In this document: positions 18,782 through 29,003 of the stretch, piece after piece | Layout: each line of letters starts with the position of its first letter | Numbering within the stretch: position 1 is the stretch's first letter | DNA from: Cyanobacteriota bacterium | GTDB lineage: Bacteria > Cyanobacteriota > Cyanobacteriia > Cyanobacteriales > Nostocaceae | Assembly (NCBI GenBank): GCA_046045965.1 | Contig: JBJOKS010000035.1 | Span: 1 to 43,944, forward strand | Direction: 5' to 3' | DNA: 43,944 bases | Translations under genes and position numbers: made by a program | Notes under the pieces: model-generated | What the model was told of the DNA's origin: nothing | What the model saw: the letters and a program-made list of their open reading frames with translations, nothing else | The model's database searches: none

Positions 18782-20611
18782 ATGAAAGAGATTCGGGGCG
18801 AGGCTAAAACGATTCGTCAACTTCTCAGTGGGAATAAATATTCCATTGACTATTACCAAAGAGAATACAAGTGGCAAACTAAACAGCTTCAAGAACTTTT
18901 GGAAGACCTAGCAGGTAAATTTTTTAATGATTTTGATCCAAGTCATGAACGCCAAGCTGTTGAAAGTTACGGGCATTACTTCCTGGGGTCAATTATTATA
19001 AGTCATAAGGAAATTAAGAAATTCATTATTGATGGACAACAACGACTCACTACCCTATCTCTATTGCTAATTTTTCTGCATAATCTGCAAAAAGATCGTC
19101 CAGACGAAGTAAAACTAAATGACTTAATTTTTTCGGAGAAGTATTCCAAAAAATCTTTCAACTTAGATGTTGAAGAGCGTAATTCTTGCATGGAATCCCT
19201 ATTTAATGAAACCTATTTCGATGAGACAGAACAACCAGAGTCAGTAAAAAATATTGTTGCCCGTTATGCCGATATTAAAGAATATTTCCCAGAAGATTTA
19301 ACTGGAGAGGCTTTACCCTACTTTATTGATTGGCTAATAGAGAATGTCCATATTGTGGAAATTACAGCTTACACCGATGAGGATGCCTATACCATTTTTG
19401 AAACGATGAATGACCGGGGGCTATCTCTTACGCCTACGGATATGCTGAAAGGCTTTTTGCTGGCGAATATCAGCGATGAAGCCAAAAAGGTGCAGGCAAA
19501 TAATCTTTGGAAAAAGCGGGTAAATGAGTTGGTAGATTTGGGTAAAGATGAAGAAACTGATGCCATTAAAACTTGGCTTCGCAGTCAGTACGCCCAGACG
19601 ACTCGTGACCGTAAAAAAGGTGCTGTCCCTAGTGACTTTGAGCGCATCAGTACAGAGTTTCATCGTTGGGTGCGTGACTATAAGCTGAACATCGGACTTA
19701 ACAAAAGCACTGATTTTGTGCGCTTCATAGAGCGAGATTTTACATTTTATACTAATCAATATTTAATCCTGCGGGAAGCCTCAAATTCCTTGCAAGTAGG
19801 ACTGGAGGAGGTTTTCTACAATGCCCAGCATGGTTTTACCCTTCAATATCCCTTGCTGCTTGCACCTCTAAACCCTGACGATGAGCCAGGTATCATTAAC
19901 CAAAAGATTCGGTTAGTGGCAAGTTTTCTTGATATTATGCTCGCTCGAAGGCTGTGGAACTCCCGAAGAATTACCTACGACACGATGCAGTATACTATGT
20001 TTGGGATTATGCTGGAGATTCGAGGCAAAATCCCTGCTCAACTAGCAACTATTCTGCGTCGTAAGTTAGATGGAGAACGAGAAGTTTTTGCTTCTAATGA
20101 CCGACTGACATTGAATCAGCAAAATTACAAAGCTATTTACCAGTTTCTTGCTCGTATCACAGACCATATAGAACGACAATCGGGGCTAAGTTCACGGTAC
20201 AGTGAATACGTCGCCACTGGCAAAAATAAATATGAGATTGAGCATATTTGGGCAGATATGCCTCAACGCCACCTAGATGAATTTCCCAAGCCAATAGATT
20301 TCCAGGAATATCGTAATCGCATTGGGGGACTGTTGCTTTTGCAAAAGTCTTTTAACGCTAGTTATGGTTCTTGGTCATATGATAAAAAATTACCTCATTA
20401 CTACGGGCAGAACCTTTTAGCTAAATCTCTCAACCCTCAATGTTATGAACGTAATCCCAGTTTCTTGGCATACAAAGAACGCTCTGGGCTAAAGTTCCAG
20501 CCCCATGATGAGTTTAAAAAATCTGATTTGGATGCACGGCAAAAGCTTTATCAAAAGATTGCAGAAGAAATTTGGAATCCAGACCGTTTAAACAAATTGG
20601 TTGAGTCTTAA
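18782..20611 (+). CDS. DUF262/DUF1524 GmrSD-family (type IV restriction-like) nuclease
   Basis: YQREYKW, IIDGQQRLTT and IFETMNDRG (DUF262); EIEHIW...RIGGLLLL...FN (HNH-like DUF1524). Confidence 0.88.
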   Translation: MKEIRGEAKTIRQLLSGNKYSIDYYQREYKWQTKQLQELLEDLAGKFFNDFDPSHERQAVESYGHYFLGSIIISHKEIKKFIIDGQQRLTTLSLLLIFLHNLQKDRPDEVKLNDLIFSEKYSKKSFNLDVEERNSCMESLFNETYFDETEQPESVKNIVARYADIKEYFPEDLTGEALPYFIDWLIENVHIVEITAYTDEDAYTIFETMNDRGLSLTPTDMLKGFLLANISDEAKKVQANNLWKKRVNELVDLGKDEETDAIKTWLRSQYAQTTRDRKKGAVPSDFERISTEFHRWVRDYKLNIGLNKSTDFVRFIERDFTFYTNQYLILREASNSLQVGLEEVFYNAQHGFTLQYPLLLAPLNPDDEPGIINQKIRLVASFLDIMLARRLWNSRRITYDTMQYTMFGIMLEIRGKIPAQLATILRRKLDGEREVFASNDRLTLNQQNYKAIYQFLARITDHIERQSGLSSRYSEYVATGKNKYEIEHIWADMPQRHLDEFPKPIDFQEYRNRIGGLLLLQKSFNASYGSWSYDKKLPHYYGQNLLAKSLNPQCYERNPSFLAYKERSGLKFQPHDEFKKSDLDARQKLYQKIAEEIWNPDRLNKLVES

Positions 20612-21019
20612 TTGTAGTGAGTAAGTTGTGGGAAATTTAGCCCAAATAGTCTTATGATGTTCTGGCATCTCCCCCAACGATAAAAAACACATTTGACACC
20701 ACCCACAAAATTAACCCCCACAACCTCAGCTAAAGCCTCAAATTTTTGCCGACAAGGAGGGGGATTAAAACTAAACTTTATACCAACGAGCGATCACAAG
20801 AAAAATTAGATAATACTTGAAAACTAGATTAATACTATAAAAATATTTGATTTATTTTTATTAATCATGAAATAATAGAGCAATTAGTATTAATTTTCTT
20901 GATTTCTATAACCTTTGTTAAAATTATCTAAAAATCACTCTGGTAAACTTATCTAAACCACATGACAGAACAAGAAAAAACTAATCATTATTTTGTTGAC
21001 TAAGCAGGAGACTTAACAT

Positions 21020-22189
21020 TTGAATAATAAATCATCTCGCATGAATGCGGTACAATCGCCAATTATTCCCGTAGTTGGCGAACTAATCAAAAACTCTCCC
21101 GGTACAATATCTTTAGGACAGGGTGTAGTTCACTATAACCCACCAGCGGAAGCAATAGAAATATTACCAAAATTCCTCAATGACTCAACAAACAATCTCT
21201 ACAAAGCTGTTGAAGGTATTCCCCCATTATTAACAGCATTAACAAGCAAATTATCAATATTTAACGGTATTCAAATTAACGATAAAAATTGTATTGTTGT
21301 CACAGCCGGCAGCAATATGGGCTTTATGAATGCCATTTTAGCCATTACTTGTCCAGGTGATGAAATTATCTTAAATGCTCCTTATTATTTCAATCATGAA
21401 ATGGCAATTACAATGGCTGGTTGTCATCCTGTATTAGTAGGAACAGACGAAAATTATCAATTAATTCCTGAATCTATAGAGGCAGCAATTACAGATAAAA
21501 CTCGTGCTGTTGTCACAATTTCACCTAACAATCCCACAGGTGTAGTATATTCAGAAGCAGCATTAAAACAAGTTAATCAAATTTGTCGGCAACGTGGTAT
21601 TTATCATATTAGTGATGAGGCTTATGAATATTTCACTTATGATGGAGTAAAGCACATTTCACCTGGTGCATTTTCAGGAAGTAGTGAATATACAATTTCC
21701 CTTTATAGTCTTTCTAAAGCTTATGGTTTTGCTAGTTGGAGAATTGGCTATATGGTAATTCCTCAACATCTATTAAATGCTGTCAAAAAAGTGCAAGATA
21801 CTATTTTGATTTGTCCTCCGGTTGTCTCTCAGTATGCAGCATTGGGAGCATTACAAGCAAAAGAAAATTATTTAAAAGATAACATTAAAACAATTGCCAA
21901 AACTCGGCAAATAGTGATTGATGCACTCAACCAACTCCAAGGTTTATGTACCATCACACCTGCAAATGGTGCTTTCTATTTTTTCTTAAAAGTACATATC
22001 CAAATGGATGCTTTTGAGTTAGTGAAAAGATTAATTCAAGAACATCAAGTAGCCGTTATTCCTGGAACAACTTTTGGGATGAAAGACGGTTGTTATTTGC
22101 GCGTTGCTTATGGTGCATTGCAACAAGATACAGCAAAAGCAGGAATAGAAAGATTAGTCAAAGGGATGATAATAATTCATAATTCATAA
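21020..22189 (+). CDS. PLP-dependent class I/II aminotransferase
   Basis: SLGQG, SPNNPTG, DEAY and SLSKAYGFASWRIGY motifs. Confidence 0.93.
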   Translation: MNNKSSRMNAVQSPIIPVVGELIKNSPGTISLGQGVVHYNPPAEAIEILPKFLNDSTNNLYKAVEGIPPLLTALTSKLSIFNGIQINDKNCIVVTAGSNMGFMNAILAITCPGDEIILNAPYYFNHEMAITMAGCHPVLVGTDENYQLIPESIEAAITDKTRAVVTISPNNPTGVVYSEAALKQVNQICRQRGIYHISDEAYEYFTYDGVKHISPGAFSGSSEYTISLYSLSKAYGFASWRIGYMVIPQHLLNAVKKVQDTILICPPVVSQYAALGALQAKENYLKDNIKTIAKTRQIVIDALNQLQGLCTITPANGAFYFFLKVHIQMDAFELVKRLIQEHQVAVIPGTTFGMKDGCYLRVAYGALQQDTAKAGIERLVKGMIIIHNS

Positions 22190-22237
22190 TTCATAATTGG
22201 GAATTGAAAAATTTTCCCAATTACGAATCACTAAAAA

Positions 22238-22918
22238 CTAATCCAAATTAAACTCTACCAATTCTGGTAAACCTGGATAAATCATAGTTTTATCTAATGC
22301 GGATAAAATTTGATTATTAGCATTAGTTGAATTTAAACAATTACACACTAATTGGGCAACATCAGCACGATGAATACTACCAACAATACGCGGATCTGCG
22401 GTTAAAATTCCATTTCCTGTGGCTGGTTCTGATTTTAAACCACCAGGACGAATAATTGTATAGTTGAGTCCACTATTGATTAAGTATTGTTCGGCTTGTT
22501 CCTTGAGAATTAAGACTGGTTTGAGTGCTTCTAAAGCTTGGGGAGGCATAGCAACTACACTATCACCGCTACCAATAGATGTTACCAAAATAAACTTCTG
22601 CACTTTTGCTTTGACAGCGGCATCAATTAGGTTTTTGTTACCAATAAAATCAGGTTTGATATCATCTGTAGGTAAACCACCAAGGGTACTAATTACAGCT
22701 TGAATAGGTTCGTTTCCTAAAATTGCCGATTCCACATCATCGACTTTCAAAGCATCTCCTAAAATCGGATGAACACCAATAGCTTCTAATTCCTTAGCAG
22801 CAGTTTCTGTTCTCAGAAGTGCTTTTACTTTCATGTTGTGCGCTGTCAAATATTTAGCGATTTCTTGACCAACACCACGACTAGCCCCGGCTACAAAAAT
22901 GTAAGATGTAGTTGACAT
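22238..22918 (-). CDS. Atypical SDR / NAD(P)H-binding oxidoreductase
   Basis: VAGASRGVG, GNKNLIDAA, TIIRPGGL and IHRADVA motifs. Confidence 0.9.
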   Translation of the reverse strand: MSTTSYIFVAGASRGVGQEIAKYLTAHNMKVKALLRTETAAKELEAIGVHPILGDALKVDDVESAILGNEPIQAVISTLGGLPTDDIKPDFIGNKNLIDAAVKAKVQKFILVTSIGSGDSVVAMPPQALEALKPVLILKEQAEQYLINSGLNYTIIRPGGLKSEPATGNGILTADPRIVGSIHRADVAQLVCNCLNSTNANNQILSALDKTMIYPGLPELVEFNLD

Positions 22919-23029
22919 ATTAATTTTCTCAGATAGATACTTTGGTTACACAAATAATAAATATATCCTGGTTTGCTCAATTTGAGAAATTATCTGTTCA
23001 GAAATTATTTGATCAAAAATTTTGATTTA

Positions 23030-23057
23030 TTGACATACACTCATTCTTTGCTATAAC
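23030..23057 (+). promoter_or_regulatory. Candidate sigma70-type promoter upstream of the WD40 gene
   Basis: TTGACA, 16 bp, TATAAC preceded by TG; the -10 is imperfect. Confidence 0.3.
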
Positions 23058-23291
23058 TGTTCCTAGAGAAACAGTAAGTTGTTGTCTGATTTGGTTAGAA
23101 TCTATGGAAATCATTTAAATATCTATATTCTATCGAATGAGTTGTGTAAATGGCTGATGAATATTCAAGTGTATGTTGAGTATCAACATCAGTTTAAGTT
23201 TGTATTCTATAAGACGGCCAAATTTACTTAATTTTTATTTATCTAGAAGTGATGAAATTGTTTAATTGCATTGGTATAAGTTACCTTAATT

Positions 23292-25112
23292 ATGCAATAT
23301 TGTACCACTATCATGCAGATGGATTGGATTAGTTTACTCAAAGCGCAACAAACGGACTTCCTGCAAAGGGTGAAAAAACCCAAGACAATTGATCTATCTC
23401 TCTTGGAAGGTCAAGTAAAAGGTTGTCACAGTGAAATAATGGTATTTTGGGGCGATTCTTTCGCAAAAATTCGGGAATGTTCCCGTAAACAAGCGGAAAT
23501 TCTCGCCAAAAATCCACCACCCATGCCTCCAGAATATCCTGAACCACCGGACTGGACAATTCCCTTTCCTAAATTTTTTCAAAGTCAAGCGGAAGATTAT
23601 CTTGTGCGTGAACAAATTGTAGATCGGGTAATTACAGAACGCTTGGGTAAATTAGTGAAAAAAGTGCCACAAGACACTTTAGAAAATATGATTTTGGATG
23701 ATGAGGGAAATTTGCGGGGTGAAAGTAAGTTTACTTATGTATTAAGCAATAATTCTCAAATAAGTTTACAAGTTCATGTAGCCGATGGAGAAAGTTTTAA
23801 CGGTATTAAAAAAGACAAAATTCGCTGGTCAGTCACCCAGGAAGATGTGAGAAACCATCAAGTATTAATTTTTCTTTGTTTGTTTTATCCAGGAAATACC
23901 AAATTAGGATATCAGAAGCAAACTGTTATCACTGGTTTTTTACCTACAAATCAATTGCAGTTTTCTGAACCTAAGCTGTATCTTTATCCTAGTAGTTTAT
24001 TGTATGCTGGGGGATTAAATTGGTATTTAGAATCTATCAACGGTAAGAGATATGATTTACATATAAATGAGAATCAAATGATGGTTGAAGTTATTCAGAC
24101 TTTGCCATCAGAACATCCACAAAAACATATCATTGGTGACTGGGAATGTTGGCAAACATTAAAAGGACACACTAGAGGAATTAACTGTTTAGCCTATTCT
24201 ATCAAGGCTTTGACGGTGGAAAATTTGGGGGTTAATAATGTCAAAACTATCCCTATTTTAGCTAGTGGTAGTCGTGGAGAAACAAAATTATGGGATTTAT
24301 CTAAAGGTGAATTAATTGAAACTTTAGCAGAATCTCCTTGGTCGGTTTCTGGTGTGGTAGATGAAGTTAATTCTTTAGCTTTTAGTACCGATGGACAAAC
24401 TTTAGTAAGTGTAGGTGCAGATTCTACTATTAAAATTTGGCATACTGGGGCGTTAGATTTAATTGATATTCTGCATAAACATCAAGGAAATGTACGTTGT
24501 GTTGGCTTTACACCAGATGGTAAAATGTTAGCAACTGGTGGAGATGACAGAAAAATATTGTTTTGGAATTTGCGCGATCGCCTCGTAGAAAATACTTTAT
24601 GTTTAGATGATACTGCTGCCCATTCAATGGTATTAAGTCAAGATGGAAAAATTTTGATTACAGGTAGCTATCGTAAAATCAAAGTTTGGCAATTAACATC
24701 TTCATTCAATAATAAAAACCAGCAAGAAATCAAACAAATACATACCTTAATGGGTCATTCTCATATTGTTAATTCCTTAGCCATAAGTGCTAATGCTAAA
24801 TATTTAGTCAGTGGTAGTCAAGATAAAACTATTAGAGTTTGGAATTTAGTCACTGGGGAATTAATGCACACTCTTAAAAGTCATCGAGAAGGGGTTTATG
24901 CAGTTACTTTGAGTCCTGATGAACAAATTATAGCTAGTGGTAGTGCTGATAAAACTATTAAATTGTGGCATTTAGAAACAGGAGAATTATTAGGAACTTT
25001 TTCCGGTCATGGTAACACAGTTACAGCTTTGACTTTTACTGCTTCTGGGGAAATGTTGGTTAGTGGAAGTTTGGATAAAACTATTAAAATTTGGCAACGA
25101 AGTGAGAATTAA
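23292..25112 (+). CDS. WD40-repeat protein with an uncharacterised N-terminal domain
   Basis: About seven GH...SGS.D.TIK.W repeats in the C-terminal half; the true start may be slightly downstream (MQMDWIS). Confidence 0.9.
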   Translation: MQYCTTIMQMDWISLLKAQQTDFLQRVKKPKTIDLSLLEGQVKGCHSEIMVFWGDSFAKIRECSRKQAEILAKNPPPMPPEYPEPPDWTIPFPKFFQSQAEDYLVREQIVDRVITERLGKLVKKVPQDTLENMILDDEGNLRGESKFTYVLSNNSQISLQVHVADGESFNGIKKDKIRWSVTQEDVRNHQVLIFLCLFYPGNTKLGYQKQTVITGFLPTNQLQFSEPKLYLYPSSLLYAGGLNWYLESINGKRYDLHINENQMMVEVIQTLPSEHPQKHIIGDWECWQTLKGHTRGINCLAYSIKALTVENLGVNNVKTIPILASGSRGETKLWDLSKGELIETLAESPWSVSGVVDEVNSLAFSTDGQTLVSVGADSTIKIWHTGALDLIDILHKHQGNVRCVGFTPDGKMLATGGDDRKILFWNLRDRLVENTLCLDDTAAHSMVLSQDGKILITGSYRKIKVWQLTSSFNNKNQQEIKQIHTLMGHSHIVNSLAISANAKYLVSGSQDKTIRVWNLVTGELMHTLKSHREGVYAVTLSPDEQIIASGSADKTIKLWHLETGELLGTFSGHGNTVTALTFTASGEMLVSGSLDKTIKIWQRSEN

Positions 25113-25238
25113 ATTAAGGAGTCAGGAGTCAGGAGTCAGGAGCCAGGATAAAAGTCTGTCTTAATATTTCTGAATTTTACCAAAGATTTGGTATCTTTCT
25201 CATGGAAAAATGATATAGAATTGGTATAATATTTCTCA

Positions 25239-25430
25239 TTGATAACTATGACTATAACAAAAGAAATCCAAATTACTCTAGATGAGTTTCTGAAATTACC
25301 AGAAACTAAACCAGCATCAGAATTTATTAACGGGGAAATAATACAAAAACCAATACCAGAGGGTGAACATAGTCTACTTCAAACTACTTTACTTCAAGTT
25401 ATCAATACTCAAGCTGAAACACAAAAATAG
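25239..25430 (+). pseudogene. Truncated Uma2 (DUF820) endonuclease, N-terminal part only
   Basis: ITLDEFLKLPETKPASEFINGEIIQKP..EHSLLQ N-terminus; stops before the PD-(D/E)xK core. Confidence 0.85.
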
Positions 25431-25432
25431 CT

Positions 25433-25717
25433 AGTGAAGATCAAGAATTTGTAGGATTATGTGCTGAATTTGCTAGCTTATCTTATCTTCATGAAAATCG
25501 TAATTTGGCTTTAGAAGGTATTACAAATTAGGTCAAAGATATAGTATTAGATATGGAAGTTAATGGTGAAGAAATTCCCGAACCTATAGCAGAAAAAACC
25601 TACAGTGGTAAATTTCAAGTTCGTATTACTCCAGAACTTCATCGTAAACTAGCAATAGAAGCAGCAGAAGAAAATGTCAGTTTGAATCCTTATGTAAGTT
25701 ATAAACTGGGATCTTGA
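25433..25717 (+). pseudogene. hicB: HicB-family antitoxin pseudogene (5'-truncated, internal stop)
   Basis: Manual translation: SEDQEFVGLCAEF...ITN*VKD...IPEPIAEKTYSGKFQVRITPELHRKLAIEAAEENVSLN; TAG at 25529-25531. Confidence 0.85.
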
Positions 25718-25729
25718 AACTGTTTAATG

Positions 25730-25930
25730 TAGGAATGTGGGTGATTTTTTTGGTGTTACAAAGGCTGAAAATATCACCAGTTATCCATTTCAGCGATTTA
25801 CACACAAAAATTGTATCATCACCTTCGACACACCTCGGCAAATCCCCGAAACCCTATATTTTTCGTTGAGGTGTGTGGAATGCTTACCAGGTAAGGGTTT
25901 GAGTTATGTATTTGATGTTAAAAAAATTTA
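25730..25930 (+). other. CRISPR-leader-like sequence with no array
   Basis: TTCGACACACCTC...GAGGTGTGTGGAA inverted repeat (25824-25880) around GAAACCCT..TTTCGTT, followed by TAAGGGTTTGAG. This resembles, from memory, Nostocales CRISPR leaders. Confidence 0.45.
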
Positions 25931-25967
25931 CGTAAGTATTCAGCATTCAGCAAAAGCAAGAATTTTT

Positions 25968-26018
25968 AGTCATCTTCAGATGACTTCTGCTATGAGACTG
26001 GGAATTAATTCCCAGTCT
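25968..26018. repeat. Double-palindrome repeat element
   Basis: AGTCATCT-TC-AGATGACT plus the perfect 24-bp palindrome AGACTGGGAATTAATTCCCAGTCT. Confidence 0.7.
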
Positions 26019-26082
26019 GTTTATGGATTTTACGTTAAGTTGACACCAATGAGCAATCCTAAACCCCTACATTTATCACACA

Positions 26083-28020
26083 CTAACCTAACAAACTTTG
26101 CAGTAAAGGTTTATCAGCATCTAACCTACCAGTTCTCAACCATTCATCCATTTCATCAGGTGCTTTTGCTTGAGTTAATCTTTCTCGTAAATAACCACCT
26201 TCAAGAATTTCCTTCTCTAATAATTCCTGAGAAATTTCCTCTAATAAATCGCGGTTATTTTGTAGAATACTCAAAGCAATGTGATGAGCATTATCCACAA
26301 TTTCCTTCACTTCCCTATCAATTTCTTCCGCAACTTGAGGACTAATTGAACGTCGAGGATTTCCATAACCTTCTAAAAATTGTTGTTGAATTTTCTCAAA
26401 AGCTACGGGTCCAAGTTTATCACTCATACCGTACAAAGTCACATATCTTTCCGCTAAATCTGTGGCTTTTTGAATATCATCAGATGCACCAGTAGAAACT
26501 TTTCTGAAAATGATTTCTTCTGAAGAACGTCCACCTAATAAAGTAGCAATACGTCCTCTTATTTCATCTTCCACCATTAAAAATCTGTCTTCTTCTGGCA
26601 TTTGAATTGTATAACCCAAAGCACCAACACCACGAGGAACAACAGAAATTTTTTCTACTTTACCTGCTCCCGGCATTAATGCACCAACTATAGCATGACC
26701 TACTTCATGATAAGCAACAGTCTTTTTCTCGATTTCATTTAACACACGAGAACGTTTTTCTAAACCTGCTATTAATCGTTCAATAGCTTCATTAAAATCT
26801 GCCATTAAGACAGCTTGACGGTTATTTCTTGCTGCTAATAATGCTGCTTCATTTACTAAATTTGCTAAATCTGCACCAGCAAAACCAGGAGTGCGAGTAG
26901 CGATAATTCCTAAATCAACATCTTCTGCTAATTTGACATTTCTTGCATGAACTTTGAGAATAGCTTCCCTACCAATTTTATCAGGTCTATCTACTACAAT
27001 TTGCCGGTCAAAACGACCAGGACGACGTAAAGCAGGATCGAGAACTTCAGGACGGTTGGTAGCTGCGATGATAATTACACCTGTGTTAGCATCAAAACCA
27101 TCCATTTCTGTTAATAATTGGTTTAATGTTTGCTCTCTTTCATCATTACCACCGACAAAACCACCAGCACCACCGCGAGATTTTCCTAAAGCGTCTAATT
27201 CATCAATGAAAACAATACAGGGTGCTTGTTGTTTTGCTTGTTCAAATAAATCTCTAACTCGTGCAGCACCGACACCTACAAATAATTCAATAAATTCAGA
27301 ACCGGAAATACTGAAGAAAGGTACACCAGCTTCACCAGCGATCGCTTTTGCTAATAATGTTTTACCAGTTCCAGGAGGTCCGACTAATAATACACCTTTG
27401 GGAATTTTTGCTCCTAAGTTGGTGTATTTGGTGGCATTTTTGAGAAAATCAACGATTTCTTCTAATTCGGCTTTTGCTTCATCCACACCTGCAACATCCA
27501 GGAATTTTACCCCCGTGCTACCTTCAGAATAAATCCGCGCTTTGCTTTTACCTACTGTTAATGCTGCCGGTCCAGCACCTTGACGACTCATTAAAAAAGC
27601 CCAAATTCCAAAGAAAATTAATGGAGGTGCAACCCAACTTAATAAAGTACCAATCCAAGCATTTTCATCTGGTGGTGGTGCGGCAAATTCGACATTATGC
27701 TCACGGAGAATTTTGGGTAAATCTAAATCAATTGCAACAGGTGTAGTTCTAAATACTTGTTCTACTGTTTTACCTTCAGAGTCTTGAGTTTTGATAGCAT
27801 ATTCAATGCGATCGCTCCCCACAACAGCTTTCTCTACCTTACCCGCTTGCACCTGAGCAATAAAATCACTATAGGGAACTTGGGATAGACGTGGACCAAA
27901 TAAACTCGGAACTATGAGATTCAGCAACAACAAAATAGTCAATAAAAGTAGGAAGCTACCACCAAACTGCCGGATTTTCGGCGTTTTCATTTGGTTCTTA
28001 TTATTAGTTTCTACAGGCAT
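26083..28020 (-). CDS. ftsH: ATP-dependent zinc metalloprotease FtsH (probably FtsH4 type)
   Basis: Two TM segments, GPPGTGKT, VFIDELD, ALRRPGRFDR and HEVGH. Confidence 0.96.
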   Translation of the reverse strand: MPVETNNKNQMKTPKIRQFGGSFLLLLTILLLLNLIVPSLFGPRLSQVPYSDFIAQVQAGKVEKAVVGSDRIEYAIKTQDSEGKTVEQVFRTTPVAIDLDLPKILREHNVEFAAPPPDENAWIGTLLSWVAPPLIFFGIWAFLMSRQGAGPAALTVGKSKARIYSEGSTGVKFLDVAGVDEAKAELEEIVDFLKNATKYTNLGAKIPKGVLLVGPPGTGKTLLAKAIAGEAGVPFFSISGSEFIELFVGVGAARVRDLFEQAKQQAPCIVFIDELDALGKSRGGAGGFVGGNDEREQTLNQLLTEMDGFDANTGVIIIAATNRPEVLDPALRRPGRFDRQIVVDRPDKIGREAILKVHARNVKLAEDVDLGIIATRTPGFAGADLANLVNEAALLAARNNRQAVLMADFNEAIERLIAGLEKRSRVLNEIEKKTVAYHEVGHAIVGALMPGAGKVEKISVVPRGVGALGYTIQMPEEDRFLMVEDEIRGRIATLLGGRSSEEIIFRKVSTGASDDIQKATDLAERYVTLYGMSDKLGPVAFEKIQQQFLEGYGNPRRSISPQVAEEIDREVKEIVDNAHHIALSILQNNRDLLEEISQELLEKEILEGGYLRERLTQAKAPDEMDEWLRTGRLDADKPLLQSLLG

Positions 28021-28089
28021 TTTCTTTACCTCAATCAAATTTGGTTATGAGTCATTAGTCATTAGTTATTAGTCACCAGTCACCTATTC

Positions 28090-28758
28090 TCAACTTAATA
28101 ACAAAGCAAATAGTCCACATAAAGCAATCCCATCAAACACACCCGCACCCCCAATACTCAACACTCCCGAACTCATAGACTGAATATCTTTGAGATGTAG
28201 CAAATCAGCACCAATTACAGTACCGAGAATACCACCTGCAAAAGCTACAGGAGCCGCATGAGGTGAGGCTATTACCATTGCCGATACAGCCGCAGTGAGG
28301 GGAGCTAACAACGGATTCATTTGAATGCCGATTCCTGGTACTACCCGTGCTGCAAAGTAACTAACAACAGTCACAATGGCGGTAACTAATAAAATTGCCA
28401 GTCCATTTCCCTGCGAAAATTGGTATAATGCCAAAGTTACAGGTATTAATCCACCGCCTAAATTCAGGGCTACTACGGTAGAACTTTGCATTTTCCTTAA
28501 CGGAATACCCCAAAATTCTCTGAACCAAAGTGTGGCAAATTCATCTGTCAACTGTACTGAAGTTTCTAAGCGGTAGATAGGAATATTGATGGTGCTGGTA
28601 ATAATTACTAGCAGCAATAATAAAAAAGCAATGTTAGGAGAAAAACCCAACTTAGCTACAGCAATTTCCACCACATCTACTGCAACAGCAAACCAAATAA
28701 ATGGCAGTAGCAGCAACAAAACCAGAAATAACAGTAATGAAACTGGTAGATAGATCAT
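28090..28758 (-). CDS. DUF1614-family membrane protein
   Basis: STINIP, ALNLGGGLIP, GTVIGADLL and SIGGAGVFDGI motifs; ATG at 28758. Confidence 0.85.
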   Translation of the reverse strand: MIYLPVSLLLFLVLLLLLPFIWFAVAVDVVEIAVAKLGFSPNIAFLLLLLVIITSTINIPIYRLETSVQLTDEFATLWFREFWGIPLRKMQSSTVVALNLGGGLIPVTLALYQFSQGNGLAILLVTAIVTVVSYFAARVVPGIGIQMNPLLAPLTAAVSAMVIASPHAAPVAFAGGILGTVIGADLLHLKDIQSMSSGVLSIGGAGVFDGIALCGLFALLLS

Positions 28759-29003
28759 GGGGATGAGAAAATAGAATGACTTGGGAACCCGAAGCATTAA
28801 TTTCAGTCTTGGAAAAATCTCCAAGTAACTAGGAAATGCTTTTACTCCATCATTGGGGAATCATAAATCTACAGTATGGTTACAGTTACAGGTGTTAGAT
28901 GTGGTCAAGTAAAGTTTTGTATCTGATATCTATTGTAGAGATTGGATAGTGAAGTCTAAATTCGTGTATACCCTACTAAAAAAATGTGTATTACCGCACT
29001 TTT

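Noticed and set aside
18229..21020. Integrative element with att duplication of the tRNA-Pro 3' end
   Set aside because: No second copy of the tRNA 3' end and no integrase seen
25737..26345. 202-aa + strand ORF
   Set aside because: Spans non-coding leader-like and palindromic DNA and is antisense to ftsH; no recognisable motifs
26954..27532. 192-aa ORF and other antisense ORFs inside dnaB, cobN, gpsA, the PPIase and the pentapeptide gene
   Set aside because: Shadow frames opposite well-supported genes
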